Source: Mustelus asterias (lineage: Eukaryota). From it: DNA of 63,821 nucleotides. Shown piece after piece: positions 13,371-24,710 of the stretch. The stretch is taken from the NCBI RefSeq assembly GCF_964213995.1, contig NC_135823.1:124180-188000 (forward strand). Reading direction: 5' to 3'. The translations under genes were made by a program, and so were the position numbers. How positions within the stretch are numbered: the first letter of the stretch is position 1; the number at the start of each line of letters is the position of its first letter. The notes beneath the pieces were generated by a model. It searched no databases. It had not been told where the DNA came from and worked only from the letters and a program-made list of their open reading frames with translations.

Positions 13371-14070
13371 TGACATTCCAGTTAAATTATTTGCATCATC
13401 ATTGGTTTTTCGCCTGCTTTGTGTCAGAACCCAGGAGCGGTGGGAAAGACATTTCCGGTTTATCCTGATAACTCTTACGCCCGTCACGAATCCCTTGTTT
13501 CCGCCGACGCCCCATTCACCAGCGCAGCGGGATTCCCGCCGGTCGTCTGAAGAGGTCAGAGAGTCGCCCCCTACTGCTCAGGCAGAGAAATCCACCAGTC
13601 ACATAATCGCACAGGATTCATATTGGTAATTAAAACAGATTTCAGTTCCACTCGGATTATGTTTAAGCATAACAATTATTGGTCAATGGAAACATTTGGT
13701 GCAGTGTTAGAATCGAAGAATGATTCATTTTGCTTACATAAAGGAATTTTAAAACAAATAACAATCCCGTCATTAACTGGAGTTACAGAATCCGGATTGA
13801 AGGCTGAGGTACAAAAACAAGGAAGTCCCCAGTGTGTCATTTCACACTTGAATGACCTTACCATAGTAGAATATCTTTCACAATGCTGAAGAAAACTCGC
13901 TACACATTTGATAAAATGAGCCAGTCTTTCTAATCTGCGGCCAGTATGCGGGAAAAGTTTAGCTGTTTGAGGGGAATGTACTTGCTCCCATGTTGAATTC
14001 CACAGAGCAGAGCATACATTGGTAATTCCAGTCTCCTGCGTCATACATCACAGACAAAATTCCCCGATTC

Positions 14071-14148
14071 TCATTTCCGGTTCTTCTTTTTTGACCTTTT
14101 TTCCAATGCAGCCAAATCCAGGGAGGCGTAGAGGGGTCCACCCTGAGA
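14071..14148 (-). CDS. exon 8: terminal cytoplasmic exon SQGGPLYASLDLAALEKRSKKKNRK*
   Basis: acceptor ttcccag (alternative in-frame AG 6 nt downstream), phase 0, YASL motif, TGA at 14073-14071. Confidence 0.8.
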   Translation of the reverse strand, partial: SQGGPLYASLDLAALEKRSKKKNRK

Positions 14149-17100
14149 CTGGGAAATATATTCAACAGAAATGATCGAAGTGGTTAAAATAATGGGCTTT
14201 TACCCCAAATTAATTCCAATGCATTTTATTACAAGGGGTTCAATGCACTCACCTGTATTCCACGCTGCGTTTTCAAGTTTCTGTCTGTTTGACGGTGATC
14301 CCCTGTGGGTTAAGCATTAAACTATGAATTTAGATATCACCCAACCTATACAATCTATAATTACATAAAGACATCGCGTACCGATATGCCAAAAATGTAA
14401 AGTTTATTTAACAGTGTCACAAGTGGACTTACTTGCAAAGAAGTTACTGTCTAAATCCTCTCGTCGTCATGCTCTGGCGCCTGTTCAGCCACACTGAGGG
14501 AGAATTTAACATCACCAACGCACCTAACCAGCACATCTTTCGGACTGTGGGGGGAAACTGGAGCATCCGGAGGAAACGCATGCAGACAGTGACCCAAGCC
14601 GGGAGTCGAACACGGATTCGTCACGCTGTGAGGCAGCTGCGCTAACCACTGTGCCACCGTGCCACCCCAATATGTTGACAGGCCACAATCATTAACACAC
14701 AGCCACTTAAATTTTGCCAACACGGCAGATCTGCCACAACGTTTCATTGTCAGTTAGACACAGCTCTGGAGACGAAGCGGATCAAAGGATCAAACGGGTG
14801 AAGCCGTGGTCAGGCTATTCAGTTGGGTGATCAGCCATGACCATAGTGGATGGCGGAGCAGAATCAAAGGACAGGATGGCATCATCCTGCTCCTAGTTTG
14901 TATGTGTCTATGTTATGTGGCAAATGCTTGATTGAGGAAAATCTCACACCAGTACTTGTCACTGACTGTCCACCTGGTATACCACTACCTGTATTAATAT
15001 CAACAATTTTCCCTTTATTGAAACCAACAGATACATTAGTGATTGTTGAACTTGAGGAGGATCAAGATATTGAATTTGATGATCAGCCATGATCATAATG
15101 AATAGCAGAGCAGGTTCGAAGTACCGAATGGCGTACTCCTCCTTCTTGTTTCTATGTTAACAAATGTAGGCAGATAACGGGCAATCATCAGTTAACTGCA
15201 GCATTCTCCATAAAAGGGCTCCAACCAATCGGAGTCCTTTTGGTAAACAGGGAAATAGTGTGTCAGGAAGAATGCACAATTGTTCCCCTTACATATGTTA
15301 TTCTTGTGTTTTTTTGCTGATGAACACAAGGCCAAAAGCCTGGACGATGTGTTTTTTTCAGCAAAACTCAAGTAGTGCAGTTATTCAAATTTTCTTTCAA
15401 ACAAGTCTCAGCAGTTAACTGTCAGCACCAATGCACTGGCACGTTCTCCATAGGAACGCGTATGCCAATTAACTTCCACTTCAATTCTTTCATTCGGATA
15501 CTTAATCTCCGCTAACATTTCAAAGAAACCTACCCATGTGTCGCTCCTTACGTCCCTCGTGCTGCCTTCTCTCGCTCAAGCTAAAATTGGATGTGGGAAA
15601 AGAACACCAAACAAATGTTAGATCTTGGCTATTCTATCTCAGGTGCTGCACCTTGTTGAAAATAGGATTGTCTCGTGATCTTACAGAAATCATAGAAAAT
15701 AGAGACTCACACCGCTGGAATCAGTTTGCAAATTGAAACTCGTTTGACAAAATGTAAAACAGAGAAAGGTGGACGATGGTGAACTTTGCACATGGTTCTA
15801 CTCACGTTTCATTGTGGGATCCCCTGTCTCTGTCTTCTAAAATAGAAGAACATATGATTAGCTGATTAAAAACTACAAAGAGGAAATCGTATTGGAGAAA
15901 CAGGTATTAAAATATTCCAGATAATTATGAATCCTCACCTGATGTGTCATTTTTACAACTCCAAATGGAAATAAGGACCAACAGTAGAATCAGTATGACC
16001 AGGACAGTAATTCCAATATAAATCGTCTGTCTGCACCATTCTATAGAGAAAAAACACTTAGAAACTGTCATCAGTCAAATCATTCCTTTCCGGGGTTCAC
16101 TGAAGGGAAACGTGACCCAGTTAAAAAGGTGGAGTCACCAAAGCGGTGGGTAAATGTGGAAACTAAAACACAGTTAGTGGAATGGATAGTGGAGAATGAA
16201 CACACAGAATGGAATTGATGGCAAAATATTTGCTAGTGGATATCAACTAATTAACAACACTATCAGAGTTGCCAATATTCACAGTGTATCAGAATGTATA
16301 ATACCTTACGACCATAAGATATAGGAGCAGAATTAGGCCACTCGGCTAATCGAGTCTGCTCCGCCATTCAATCATAGCTGATATTTTTCTCATCTCCATT
16401 CTCCTGCCTTTTCCCCATAACCCCGAATCCCTTATTAATCAAGAACCAATCTGCCTCTGTTCTAAAGAGATTCAATGACCTGCCCTTCACAGCCCACTAC
16501 ATCAAAGATTCACCACTCTCTGGCTAAAGAAATTGCTCCTCATCTCTGTTTTAAAGGATCGCCCCTTTAGCCTGAGGTTGTGCAACCTGATTCTAGTTTT
16601 TCCTACTAGTGGAAACATCCTCTCCACGTCCACTCTATCCAGGCCTCGCAGTATCCTCTAAGGTTTAATAAGATCCCCCCTCATCCTTCGACACTCCAAC
16701 GAGAACAGACCCAGAGTCCTCAACTGTTCCTCCTACGACAAGGTATTCATTCCAGGGATCATTCTTGTGAACCTCCTCTGGACCCTTTCCAAGTCCAACA
16801 CTTCTTTCCTTAGACACGATGAAAGCATCATAGAAAATTATTATTTGTGAACAGAGTCATGGAAGGATAATGGCCAGAAGGAATCTAGTCGACCCATCCT
16901 TCCAATGTTGTCTCTTTGACTGTCCCAACTCCAACTCCTCGTTTCACCCATGGTCCTGGAAACGAATCCCCGTCAAGTATTTGCTCAATTCTCCTTTTGG
17001 AAATTCCTATTGAATCTGTGCACTCCGCCTTTTCCAGATCCTCCTTCCAGATCCCAAAACGCCATTGTGTATAAAAAAATCATCAGAGCATTGAGTACAG

Positions 17101-20100
17101 GAGTTGAGACGTAATGTTACAACTGTACGAGAAATCAGGAAGGCCACATCTGGAGTACTGCGTATAATTCTGGTCGCCCTGCCATAGGAAGGATGTTATT
17201 AAACTGGGAACGGTGCACAAAAAGATTTACAATGATGTTACCGGGACTCGAAGATTTGAATTATAAGCAGAGGCTGGATAGGCTGGGACCTTTTTTTCCT
17301 GAGCGTAGGACGATGAGGGGTGAACTTAGAGAAATGTATAAAATCATGAGATGCATAAATAAGGTGAGTAGCCAATGTCTTTTCCTCAGGGTAGGGGAGT
17401 CCAAAACTAGAGGGGATAGATTTAAAGTGAGAGGGGAAAGATTGGAAAGGGACATGAGGGACAAGTTTTTCCACACAGAGGGTGGTGCATATTCGGAATG
17501 AGCTGCCAGAGGTGGTGGTAGAGGCGGGAAGAATTACAACATTTAAAAGACATTTGAACAGGTACACGGATGGGAAAGGATTAGACGAATATGGGTCAAA
17601 CGCTGGCAAATGGGAGTAGTTCAGATTAGGAAGCCTGGTCGAGATAGATTGGATGGGCAGAAGGGCCTGTTTCGGTGCTGTATATCTCTACGACTCGATA
17701 TCTCTCTCTCGCTCTTTGTACCAAGCCTCTTCAGTCTGTGTCCCCCTGGTTACTGACCCTACTGTCGACACATGCTGACCCTACTTTCAGTGGAAGAGAT
17801 TCTCAATTTTTTTTTACTAATCAAATGGTCTCATGTTTGGAACTTCGATTACATGTCTTAACCTTGATTGCTCGAAGGAGTACAAGCCCAGCTCTTCCCC
17901 TCTCTCCACTTTAACTGAATTCACTCATTCCCAGTACCATCCTGGTAATTCTGCTTTGTGTCTTCTCCAAGCGTTTGATATTCTTCTCAAAATATGGTGC
18001 TCGCCACTGAAGACAATGCTATTAACTTGGCTAAGCAGTGATTCGAATATATTTAAATTAACGTCCGAGCTTGATTTCTCAATTTTAAAAGTTCAGGATA
18101 CATGTTTATGCCTTCAGCAGCCTCCTGAGTTTATCCTTCCATCGACCAAGATTTATGGAATCTCAGAATGATTGCAGCACACACGGAAACCATTTAGCTG
18201 ATGCTGGAAAGACGGAGGCTAAGGGGCGACCTGATAGAAGAAGTTTATAAAATTATGAGACCAATTGATAAGGTAAAGAGTTAGAAGCCTTTCCTCAAGT
18301 ACAGGAATGACAATTACAAGGGGGCACAATTTCAAAGTAAGGGGGAAATGTTGAGTGGAGATGTGCGGGGTGGCGAGGCCCTGGAATGCACTGCCATGTG
18401 AGGTGGTTGAGGCAGACACGTCAGCGACATTTAAGACTTATTTGGATAGACACATGAACGGGGGTGGTGCGACGGGGGTGGGGGGTAGAGGGCGGGGAGT
18501 GGGTGGGGGTGGAGGGTGGAGGAGGGGTACAGGCGGTTGGTCTAGATAGGACAACGTGATCGGTGCATGTTGGTGGGCCGAAGGGCCTGTTCCTGTGTTG
18601 TACAGTTCTTTATCTTTGTTGTTTGGTATCTGCACTACAGTTCCCCAAGAACAACTCTGTCACATTCCTCTAATATTCCCCTCGACCTTGCTTTTTTTTA
18701 CCCATTCCATATAATTCTCCAATTCGCTGTGGGCAGCATCGAGTGATTGGGCCTCCAGTGCAGTTCCAGATACTGCATTTCAGATCCTCACTATTCGCTG
18801 CACATTAAATGGCAGAATGAAAAAAAGATGAAGTGGAAGTTAATTGGTGGAGGCGTTGCCATGGGCACCAGTGGAAATGGCCGGGAGCTTTAGGTTTCTA
18901 GGTGTTCATATTACCAACAATCTGCCTTGGTCCCTCCACGCCGACGCTTTCGTTAAGAAAGCCGACCAATGCCTTTGCTTTCTCAGCGGGTTAAGGAAAT
19001 TCGGAATTTCCGTTACTCCTCTCACCAATTTTCACAGATGCAGTATAGAAAGCATCCTTTAGGGGGGTATCACAGCATGGTATGTCTCCTTCTCTGTCCA
19101 AGGCCACAAGAATCTACAATGGGTTATGAACGAAGCCCAATCCCATCGCGCAAACCAGCCTCCCATCCATTGACTCCATCTACACTTCCCACTGCCTCGG
19201 AAAAGCGGCCACCATAACCAAGGACCCCATGCACCCCGGATATTCTCTCTTCCACCTTCTTCGTCGGGAAAAAAAATATAAAAGTCTGCGGTCACGTATC
19301 AATCGTAACAAGAACAGCTTCTTCCCTGCTGCCATCAGACTTTTGAATGGAATTGCTATATTTTCAGTTGATCTTTCTCGACAGGTTAGTTATGACTGTC
19401 GCTCGAGATTCTACACACTCTCCTTTCCTTTTCCCCATGTACTCTACAAATGTTGCGCTTTGTATAGCACGCAAGATACAATACTTTTCACTGTATCCCA
19501 ATACATGTGACAATAATAAATCAAATCTATATGGTCTATGAACGGTATGCTTTGTCTTTATAGCGTGCAAGATACAATACTTTTCACTGTATCCCAATAC
19601 ATGTGACAATAATAAATCAAATCTATATGGTCTATGAACGGTATGCTTTGTCTTTATAGCGTGCAAGATACAATACTTTTCACTGTATCCCAATACATGT
19701 GACAATAATAAATCAAATCAAATCTACGTACTCTATGAACGGAATGCTTTGTCTGTATAGCGCGCAACAAACAATACTTTTCAATTTATCCCAATACATG
19801 TCACAATAATAAATGAATTCAAATCCACGTACTCTTTAAACGGTATGCTTTGTCTGTATAGTGCGCAAGAATCAATACTTTCCACATTAGCCCGATATGT
19901 GTGACAATAATAAATCAAATCAAGTCAAATCAAATTGATGGGGACTGACATTTAACTGTCATTAATGCCGCCATTGTTTCTTTTGCCAATCCATTTAAAT
20001 TCTCGGCCCTCTCCGCCTTTGTGAATCGTTTCATCTTCGCTGCTCTGTCCAGACTATTCAGGATTTTCACCACATTTCTCACATCTCCTCTTCACCTTCA

Positions 20101-23100
20101 GCTATTTCAGGAAACCAGCCCTTGCTTGTCAACGCTGTCCAGTTGACTGAATTTCCTCATCTTTATGACCATTTAGTGAATATTTCTTTCTGCACTCTCT
20201 TCATATTTCTCATAAATTGTGGTGCTATTAACTGAACACAGTTAAGACCGAATCAGAATTCTGCAAAATGTTGCGATTGATTTGATGTATCATTATTGTC
20301 ACATCTATTGGTATGGAGTGAAGCGTAGTGTTTCTTGTGCACTATACAACAACATTTACATTTCACAGCATACATAGATTTGATTTGATTTGGTTTGACT
20401 TATTCTTGTCACACCTATTGGGATACAGTGAAAAACTTTCCCTCTTGCGCGCTACACAGACAAAACATACCGTTCACAGAGTACATAGGGGAGAAATAAA
20501 TGAGAGGATGCAGAATATATTGTCACCTTCATAGCGAGGGAGTAGAGGAAGATCAGCTTGATATAAGGTAAAAGCAAAATACTGCGGATGCTGGAATCTG
20601 AAAGAAAAACAGAAAATACTGGAAAATCTCAGCAGGTCTGACAGCGTCTGAGGGTAAACACTGTAAGAAGTTTACCCCAGTTTACCCCAATCCAACGCCG
20701 GCATCTCCACATCAGCGTCTGAGGGGACAGAATAGAACCAAAGTTTCGAGCCTATTTGACTTTTCGTCAGAGCTTTGAAGAAGGGTCACCTAGACTCGAA
20801 GTGTTGGCTCAATTCTCTCCCCACAGATGCTGTCAGACCTTTTGAGATTTTCCAGCATTTTTTGGGTTGGCATAAGTATGTCCATTCAAAAGTCTGATGG
20901 CAGAAAGAAAGAAAACTGTTCTTGAGTCGGTTGGTACGTGATCTCAAACTTTTGTATCTTTTTCGCGACGAAAGAAGGTGGAAGAGAGAATGTCCGGGGT
21001 GAGTGGGCTCCTCGATTATGCTGGCAGCTTTTCTAAGGCAGCGAGAAGTGTCGACTTGCTTCACTCCTTTTAGATTTTGTGACTCGATTTCGAAATCTCT
21101 GGATCTTCTATGCTTTCCTAACCGCCTGTCATCTCCAATGATCTGCAGGTGGCAGCATGGTGGTAGTACTGCTGCCTCACAGCGCCAGGGAGCCACGTTC
21201 GATTCCCGCCTTGGGTGCCTGTCTGTGTGGAGTTAGCACATTTCCCCCCTCTCTACATGTCTTTCCTTCGTGTGCTCTGTTTTTCCCCACAGTCCAAAGA
21301 TGGGCAGGTTAGTTGGATTGGCCATGCTAAATTGCCCCTCGGTGTCCATCAATGTGTTGTTTAGTTGGATTGGCCAAGCTAAATTGCCCCTTAGTGTGCA
21401 GCAATTTGCGGTTTAGATGGATTGGCCATGCTAAATTGCTCCTTAGTTGTCCAGAATGCGAATGTTAGGTGGATTTGTCATGCTAAACTGCCTCTTAGTG
21501 TCCCAAGTTGTGTAGGTTAGGGGAATTCGCGGGTAAATACGTGGGGTTACCGGGATCGGGCCTGGGTAAGATGAGAGTCGGTGAAGGCTTGATGAAATAA
21601 ATGTCTTCCTTCTGCGCTGTAGGATTGTATGATTTGTATAGATTCACGGCCAGGCAATTATTTACCGTGCGACGGATGATTTGGAATCGTTTCCAACAAT
21701 CCAAGTTCAATATTTGCTCTTAATTCATATAAAAGAGAAGCATTGGGGGAGACTTAGTCCATTCAGCCCATCGAGTTTATTTCCATATGATCATGGCTGA
21801 TTAATAATGATGTACAAAGTTACTGACATCAGGATGCAAAATTTAAATGAAACTTATGTATGAGGAGGTAGTTATAGATTGATCAATAGGCTTCCTGGAG
21901 TAAAATGAAGTAATTTATTAACCGCTTTTCTGGGCAAAGATGTCAATTTCACCTCTTGTCTATTGTCTTTTTGTAAGTTACCTGCAGTGTAGAACTGATC
22001 TCACCCCATTCCGAGATTCACTTCCCGAAAAGGAAGGAGGGAGCAAATAATAACCTTTAAAAGGGACATCACATCTTGACATGAAGGAGAAAACTTGAAA
22101 GGGCTGGGGGTAAAATGGTGGGCAGAATAGCACAGCTCTTTCGAAGAGAGAGTCTCGGCATAATGAGCTGAATGAGATCGTTCTGGGTGCATTGCTCAAA
22201 GATCTTACATGTTTTCAGAAATATAAAGTGAAACGGGAAGTGTGTATCAAAGACGAATACATTTTTGGCAGGTGCAATTCTAATGCAGTCTGACATATTT
22301 TAACAATTGAACGCACACCCACACTTTGATAAATATCTATCTATCTCACACATACCCTCAGATATTTATCTACACACGCACATGGAGACACAAACGCTTA
22401 GATATCTATCTATCTATCTATCTATATTATATATCTCGATATACACGCGCTCAGGCATATATCATTATAAACTCACGCTCAGATATTTATCTATATACAC
22501 ACACACTCAGCTATAAAACTATATACATACAAGCTCAGATACACAACTATATACACAGACGTTCAGAGTTATACTTATGCACACGCACGTCTAAGTCTGA
22601 GATCACCACCGACCTATTCAAGAACAGCTTCTTCCCTGCTGCCATCGGGCTTTCGAATTAATCTACCTTATATTAAGCTGAACTTTCTCTACACGCTAAC
22701 TATGACTGTAACACTACATTCTGCACCCTCTCCTTTCATTCTCCCCTGCGGACTCTATGAACGGCATGCTTTGTCTGCATAGCGCAGAAGGAACATTACT
22801 TTTCAGTATATCCTATGTGACAATATAAATCAAATGAAATCCAACGAACATGCGATCAGATATATATCTGCACAAACACACACACACACACACACACACA
22901 GACACAGACACAGACACACACACACACTCACACACACACTCATATATACTTATACACACGCATACATATCCCCAGATGCCTGGGATCTACTAAATTAATC
23001 CAATTGACTCTAAAGTTGAACAAAAGTCTTCAATGTACAGAGTAGCATCTCACCTTTCCATTTTTCAGTTGCTTTGGGATTCGAAACACTCTTCGTCCAA

Positions 23101-24469
23101 TATTGCCCTGGAGTCCCCAATTCAACAATACAAGTACAGACAGCGCCGCTTTTCCAGGTTTCCCCCGACACCATGACGTGACTTCTGATGCTGTAGGTCC
23201 CGTCGCCCTCCATTGTCCCGGGATCACTCGATCCCTCAGTGACCAAGCCGGAAATATTCCAGAAAATAGCAATCTGGTTGGAAGAAACTCCACTGACCAA
23301 ACACACTAAGGGCACGGTATCATTCACATCCAGCTGAGCCGGCGGGACAAATATCAGCACAGCCGTCTTCTTCGTAGAACTGTCTGGACAGAGATTGGGA
23401 CACAGTTCACGATTAATTCACACCAAATGGCGTTGCTGTGCAGAATCTGAATTCATTTCACTTGCTCTCTTACCTCCAACCAGCAGTGTTGGTCCATTCT
23501 GAAGCGGTTGATAGCCATCCCGTTCAGCACAGTAGTAGGAACCCGAGTCATTCGCCTGAACATTGCGAATTTCCAGTAACAATTCACCTTTGCCGTGGCC
23601 TTTTTTTGAAATAAACTTACAACCGTCTCCCTGACAGGATTGGATATCGATTAGTTTCGGAATTTCACCAACACTTTGTTTGTACCAGAAATAGCTAGCC
23701 ACGAATTCCACCTCGTAACTGTGGTGACAGGTTAAATTCACCGTCTGTCCGACTTTAGCTGTCATTGTGAAGGGCCTTTGAGGTAGAGAGGGCTCCGAAT
23801 CTGTAACTAGAGAGGTTATTGACACATTACCACAGATTATTTCGACATAGAAAGCTGCCGTTTGAAAACAAAAACGCCCGTAAATGAAGAACAATCTCAT
23901 TAATGTCTTCAATTATACTTCCTTAGATTTATTTTCCAAGTTGTGTTTTCTTCGCTTGAAAGGAGGAAACAGAAAACCCCTTGTACCGATCACTATGTCG
24001 CATTTGCAGTGCTGTAGCCGGGCGGCATGGTTGTTGGCACCATAGCTTCACAGCGCTCGGGACCCGGGTTCAATTGCTGGCTTGGGTCACTGTCTGTGCA
24101 CGTTCTCCCCGTGCCTGCATGGGAGATTCCTCCCACTGTCCGAAAGCCGTGCTGGTTAGGTGCATTGACCGTGCGAAATTCTGCCTCTTTGTACCAGCAC
24201 TGACGCGGGAGTATGGCGACTCCGGGCTTTTCACAGTAACTTCATTGCAGTGTCGATGTAAAAGTAAAGATTATTTATTAGTCACAAGTAAGGCTCCCAT
24301 TAACCCTATAATGAAGTTACTGTGAAATTCTCCTGGAAGCCGACTTGTGACACGAATGCTTAAAAACTAATTTTGCTGCTGCCATTTTAAATGTCTCACC
24401 TGGCAAATACTCACCATGAGCCCGCAACACGTGGAGAATGAGTATCAGGGATAAAGATTGCTGGGACAT
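14071..24469 (-). CDS. Non-rearranging antigen-receptor-like IgSF membrane protein (leader-VJ-C1-TM-cytoplasmic YxxL), 8 coding exons, ~339 aa; VJ-C1/PRARP-like architecture
   Basis: GT-AG exons with compatible phases: 24469-24415, 23800-23474, 23383-23054, 16040-15939, 15836-15806, 15580-15534, 14302-14253, 14148-14071 = 1020 nt, open to TGA. Confidence 0.85.
14253..14302 (-). CDS. exon 7 (50 nt, cytoplasmic)
   Basis: acccacag|GG...CAG|gtgagt; reads (G)DHRQTDRNLKTQRGIQ, phase 1 to 0. Confidence 0.75.
14397..14668 (-). mobile_element. HE1-related SINE variant in intron 6
   Basis: GGTVAQWL-type tRNA head on the minus strand. Confidence 0.85.
15534..15580 (-). CDS. exon 6 (47 nt; 29 nt with the alternative donor after 15552)
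   Basis: ttttcccacatccaattttag|C...ATGG|gtaggt or GAC|gtaagg; both restore the frame (phase 2 to 1). Confidence 0.7.
15806..15836 (-). CDS. exon 5 (31 nt, cytoplasmic EDRDRGSHNET)
   Basis: ttcttctattttag|AA...AAC|gtgagt. Confidence 0.75.
15939..16040 (-). CDS. exon 4: transmembrane exon EWCRQTIYIGITVLVILILLLVLISIWSCKNDTS
   Basis: ttttttctctatag acceptor, CAG|gtgagg donor, 102 nt phase 1-1, ~21-residue hydrophobic stretch. Confidence 0.88.
16311..16820 (-). mobile_element. CR1 3' fragment
   Basis: CATAAG tail and degenerate RT C-terminus. Confidence 0.85.
17085..17695 (+). mobile_element. CR1 3' fragment
   Basis: RPHLEYCV...KRFTMMLPGL...KTRGDRFKV. Confidence 0.9.
18200..18625 (+). mobile_element. 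CR1 3' fragment with G-rich insertion
   Basis: WNALPCEVVEAD..FKTYLD; G-tract at 18460-18530. Confidence 0.85.
18870..19935 (+). mobile_element. Rex1/Babar-like LINE 3' fragment
   Basis: FRFLGVHITNNLPWSLH...HPGYSLFHLL...KNSFFPAAIRLLN; (AAATC)n tail. Confidence 0.85.
19437..19935 (+). repeat. ~5 tandem copies (~96 bp) of the Rex1-like 3' terminus
   Basis: ATACATGTGACAATAATAAATCAAATC recurs at 19501, 19597, 19693 and, degenerate, near 19794 and 19895. Confidence 0.92.
20275..21050 (-). mobile_element. Rex1/Babar-like 3' fragments interrupted by a palindromic element
   Basis: HPGHSLFHLL..RLKNSF on the minus strand; (GATTT)n tails. Confidence 0.8.
20571..20870. mobile_element. palindromic non-autonomous element (Penelope-like ends, degenerate hammerhead core)
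   Basis: arms CTGGAAAATCTCAGCAGGTCTGACAGCGTCTG and CAGATGCTGTCAGACCTTTTGAGATTTTCCAG are inverted; TTGAAGAAGGGTC..GACTCGAA core near 20775-20800. Confidence 0.65.
21148..21635 (+). mobile_element. HE1-like SINE with four internal tandem copies of a ~54-bp unit
   Basis: GGATTGGCCATGCTAAATTGCCCC repeated between 21310 and 21500. Confidence 0.85.
22320..22970. repeat. (TA/CA/TCTA)n low-complexity DNA with a Rex1-like tail at 22600-22845
   Basis: simple repeats; FKNSFFPAAI motif. Confidence 0.8.
23054..23383 (-). CDS. exon 3: Ig C1-set domain
   Basis: tctctgtccag|AC...AAAG|gtgaga, 330 nt phase 1-1; LVCLVSG, IFW, DGTYSIRS, ETWKSGAVCTC. Confidence 0.92.
23474..23800 (-). CDS. exon 2: Ig V-set domain including a J-like G strand
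   Basis: GQTVNLTC, WYKQ, LLLEI, DSGSYYCA, then QNGPTLLVG|gtaaga; 327 nt phase 1-1 (alternative in-frame acceptor at 23806). Confidence 0.93.
24020..24360 (+). mobile_element. degenerate HE1-related SINE(s) in intron 1
   Basis: tRNA-like head and SINE core. Confidence 0.75.
24415..24469 (-). CDS. exon 1: signal peptide MSQQSLSLILILHVLRAH
   Basis: AAAATG start, hydrophobic core, phase-1 donor G|gtgagt. Confidence 0.85.
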
Positions 24470-24504
24470 TTTGCAGAGGTGAGCAATATCTCCCTGTTTC
24501 CACT

Positions 24505-24710
24505 CACCAGTTTATTTTTGCTGAGCGGCCAAGGACTGACCTGGTCTCAGTCCCAGTTAATTGTTGCACTTTGAGATTGGGCGGAAACTATGACAAGAGA
24601 CACAATGGAAAGTATGACACAATGCTGGTGGCGTAGCGCTGCGGAATGCGACATGCATTTGACGCACTGTGGTCGCCGCCGACGTGTCACAATGGTCAAG
24701 TGATAGAATA
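24505..24710 (-). promoter_or_regulatory. candidate promoter of the IgSF gene
   Basis: TATA-like AAATAAA ~45 bp upstream of the ATG, overlapping GC/CCAAT box (24575-24584), Runx-type TGTGGT (24668), TGATAG, local CpG enrichment. Confidence 0.5.

Noticed and set aside
15711-15751. Additional cytoplasmic micro-exon (gtgagt donor at 15710)
   Set aside because: Weak GAG acceptor and a 67-nt intron; the strong donor breaks frame, and the model is complete without it
19437-19935. CRISPR-like array
   Set aside because: No unique spacers; whole units repeat; vertebrate LINE-derived
21978-22199. Stalk exon between C1 and TM (CAG|gtaac near 21981)
   Set aside because: No phase-compatible stop-free exon found; the region looks like a decayed LINE tail
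23384-23540. RSS after the V domain (rearranging Ig/TCR V segment)
   Set aside because: No CACAGTG after YYCA and no nonamer; the V continues into a G strand and a splice donor
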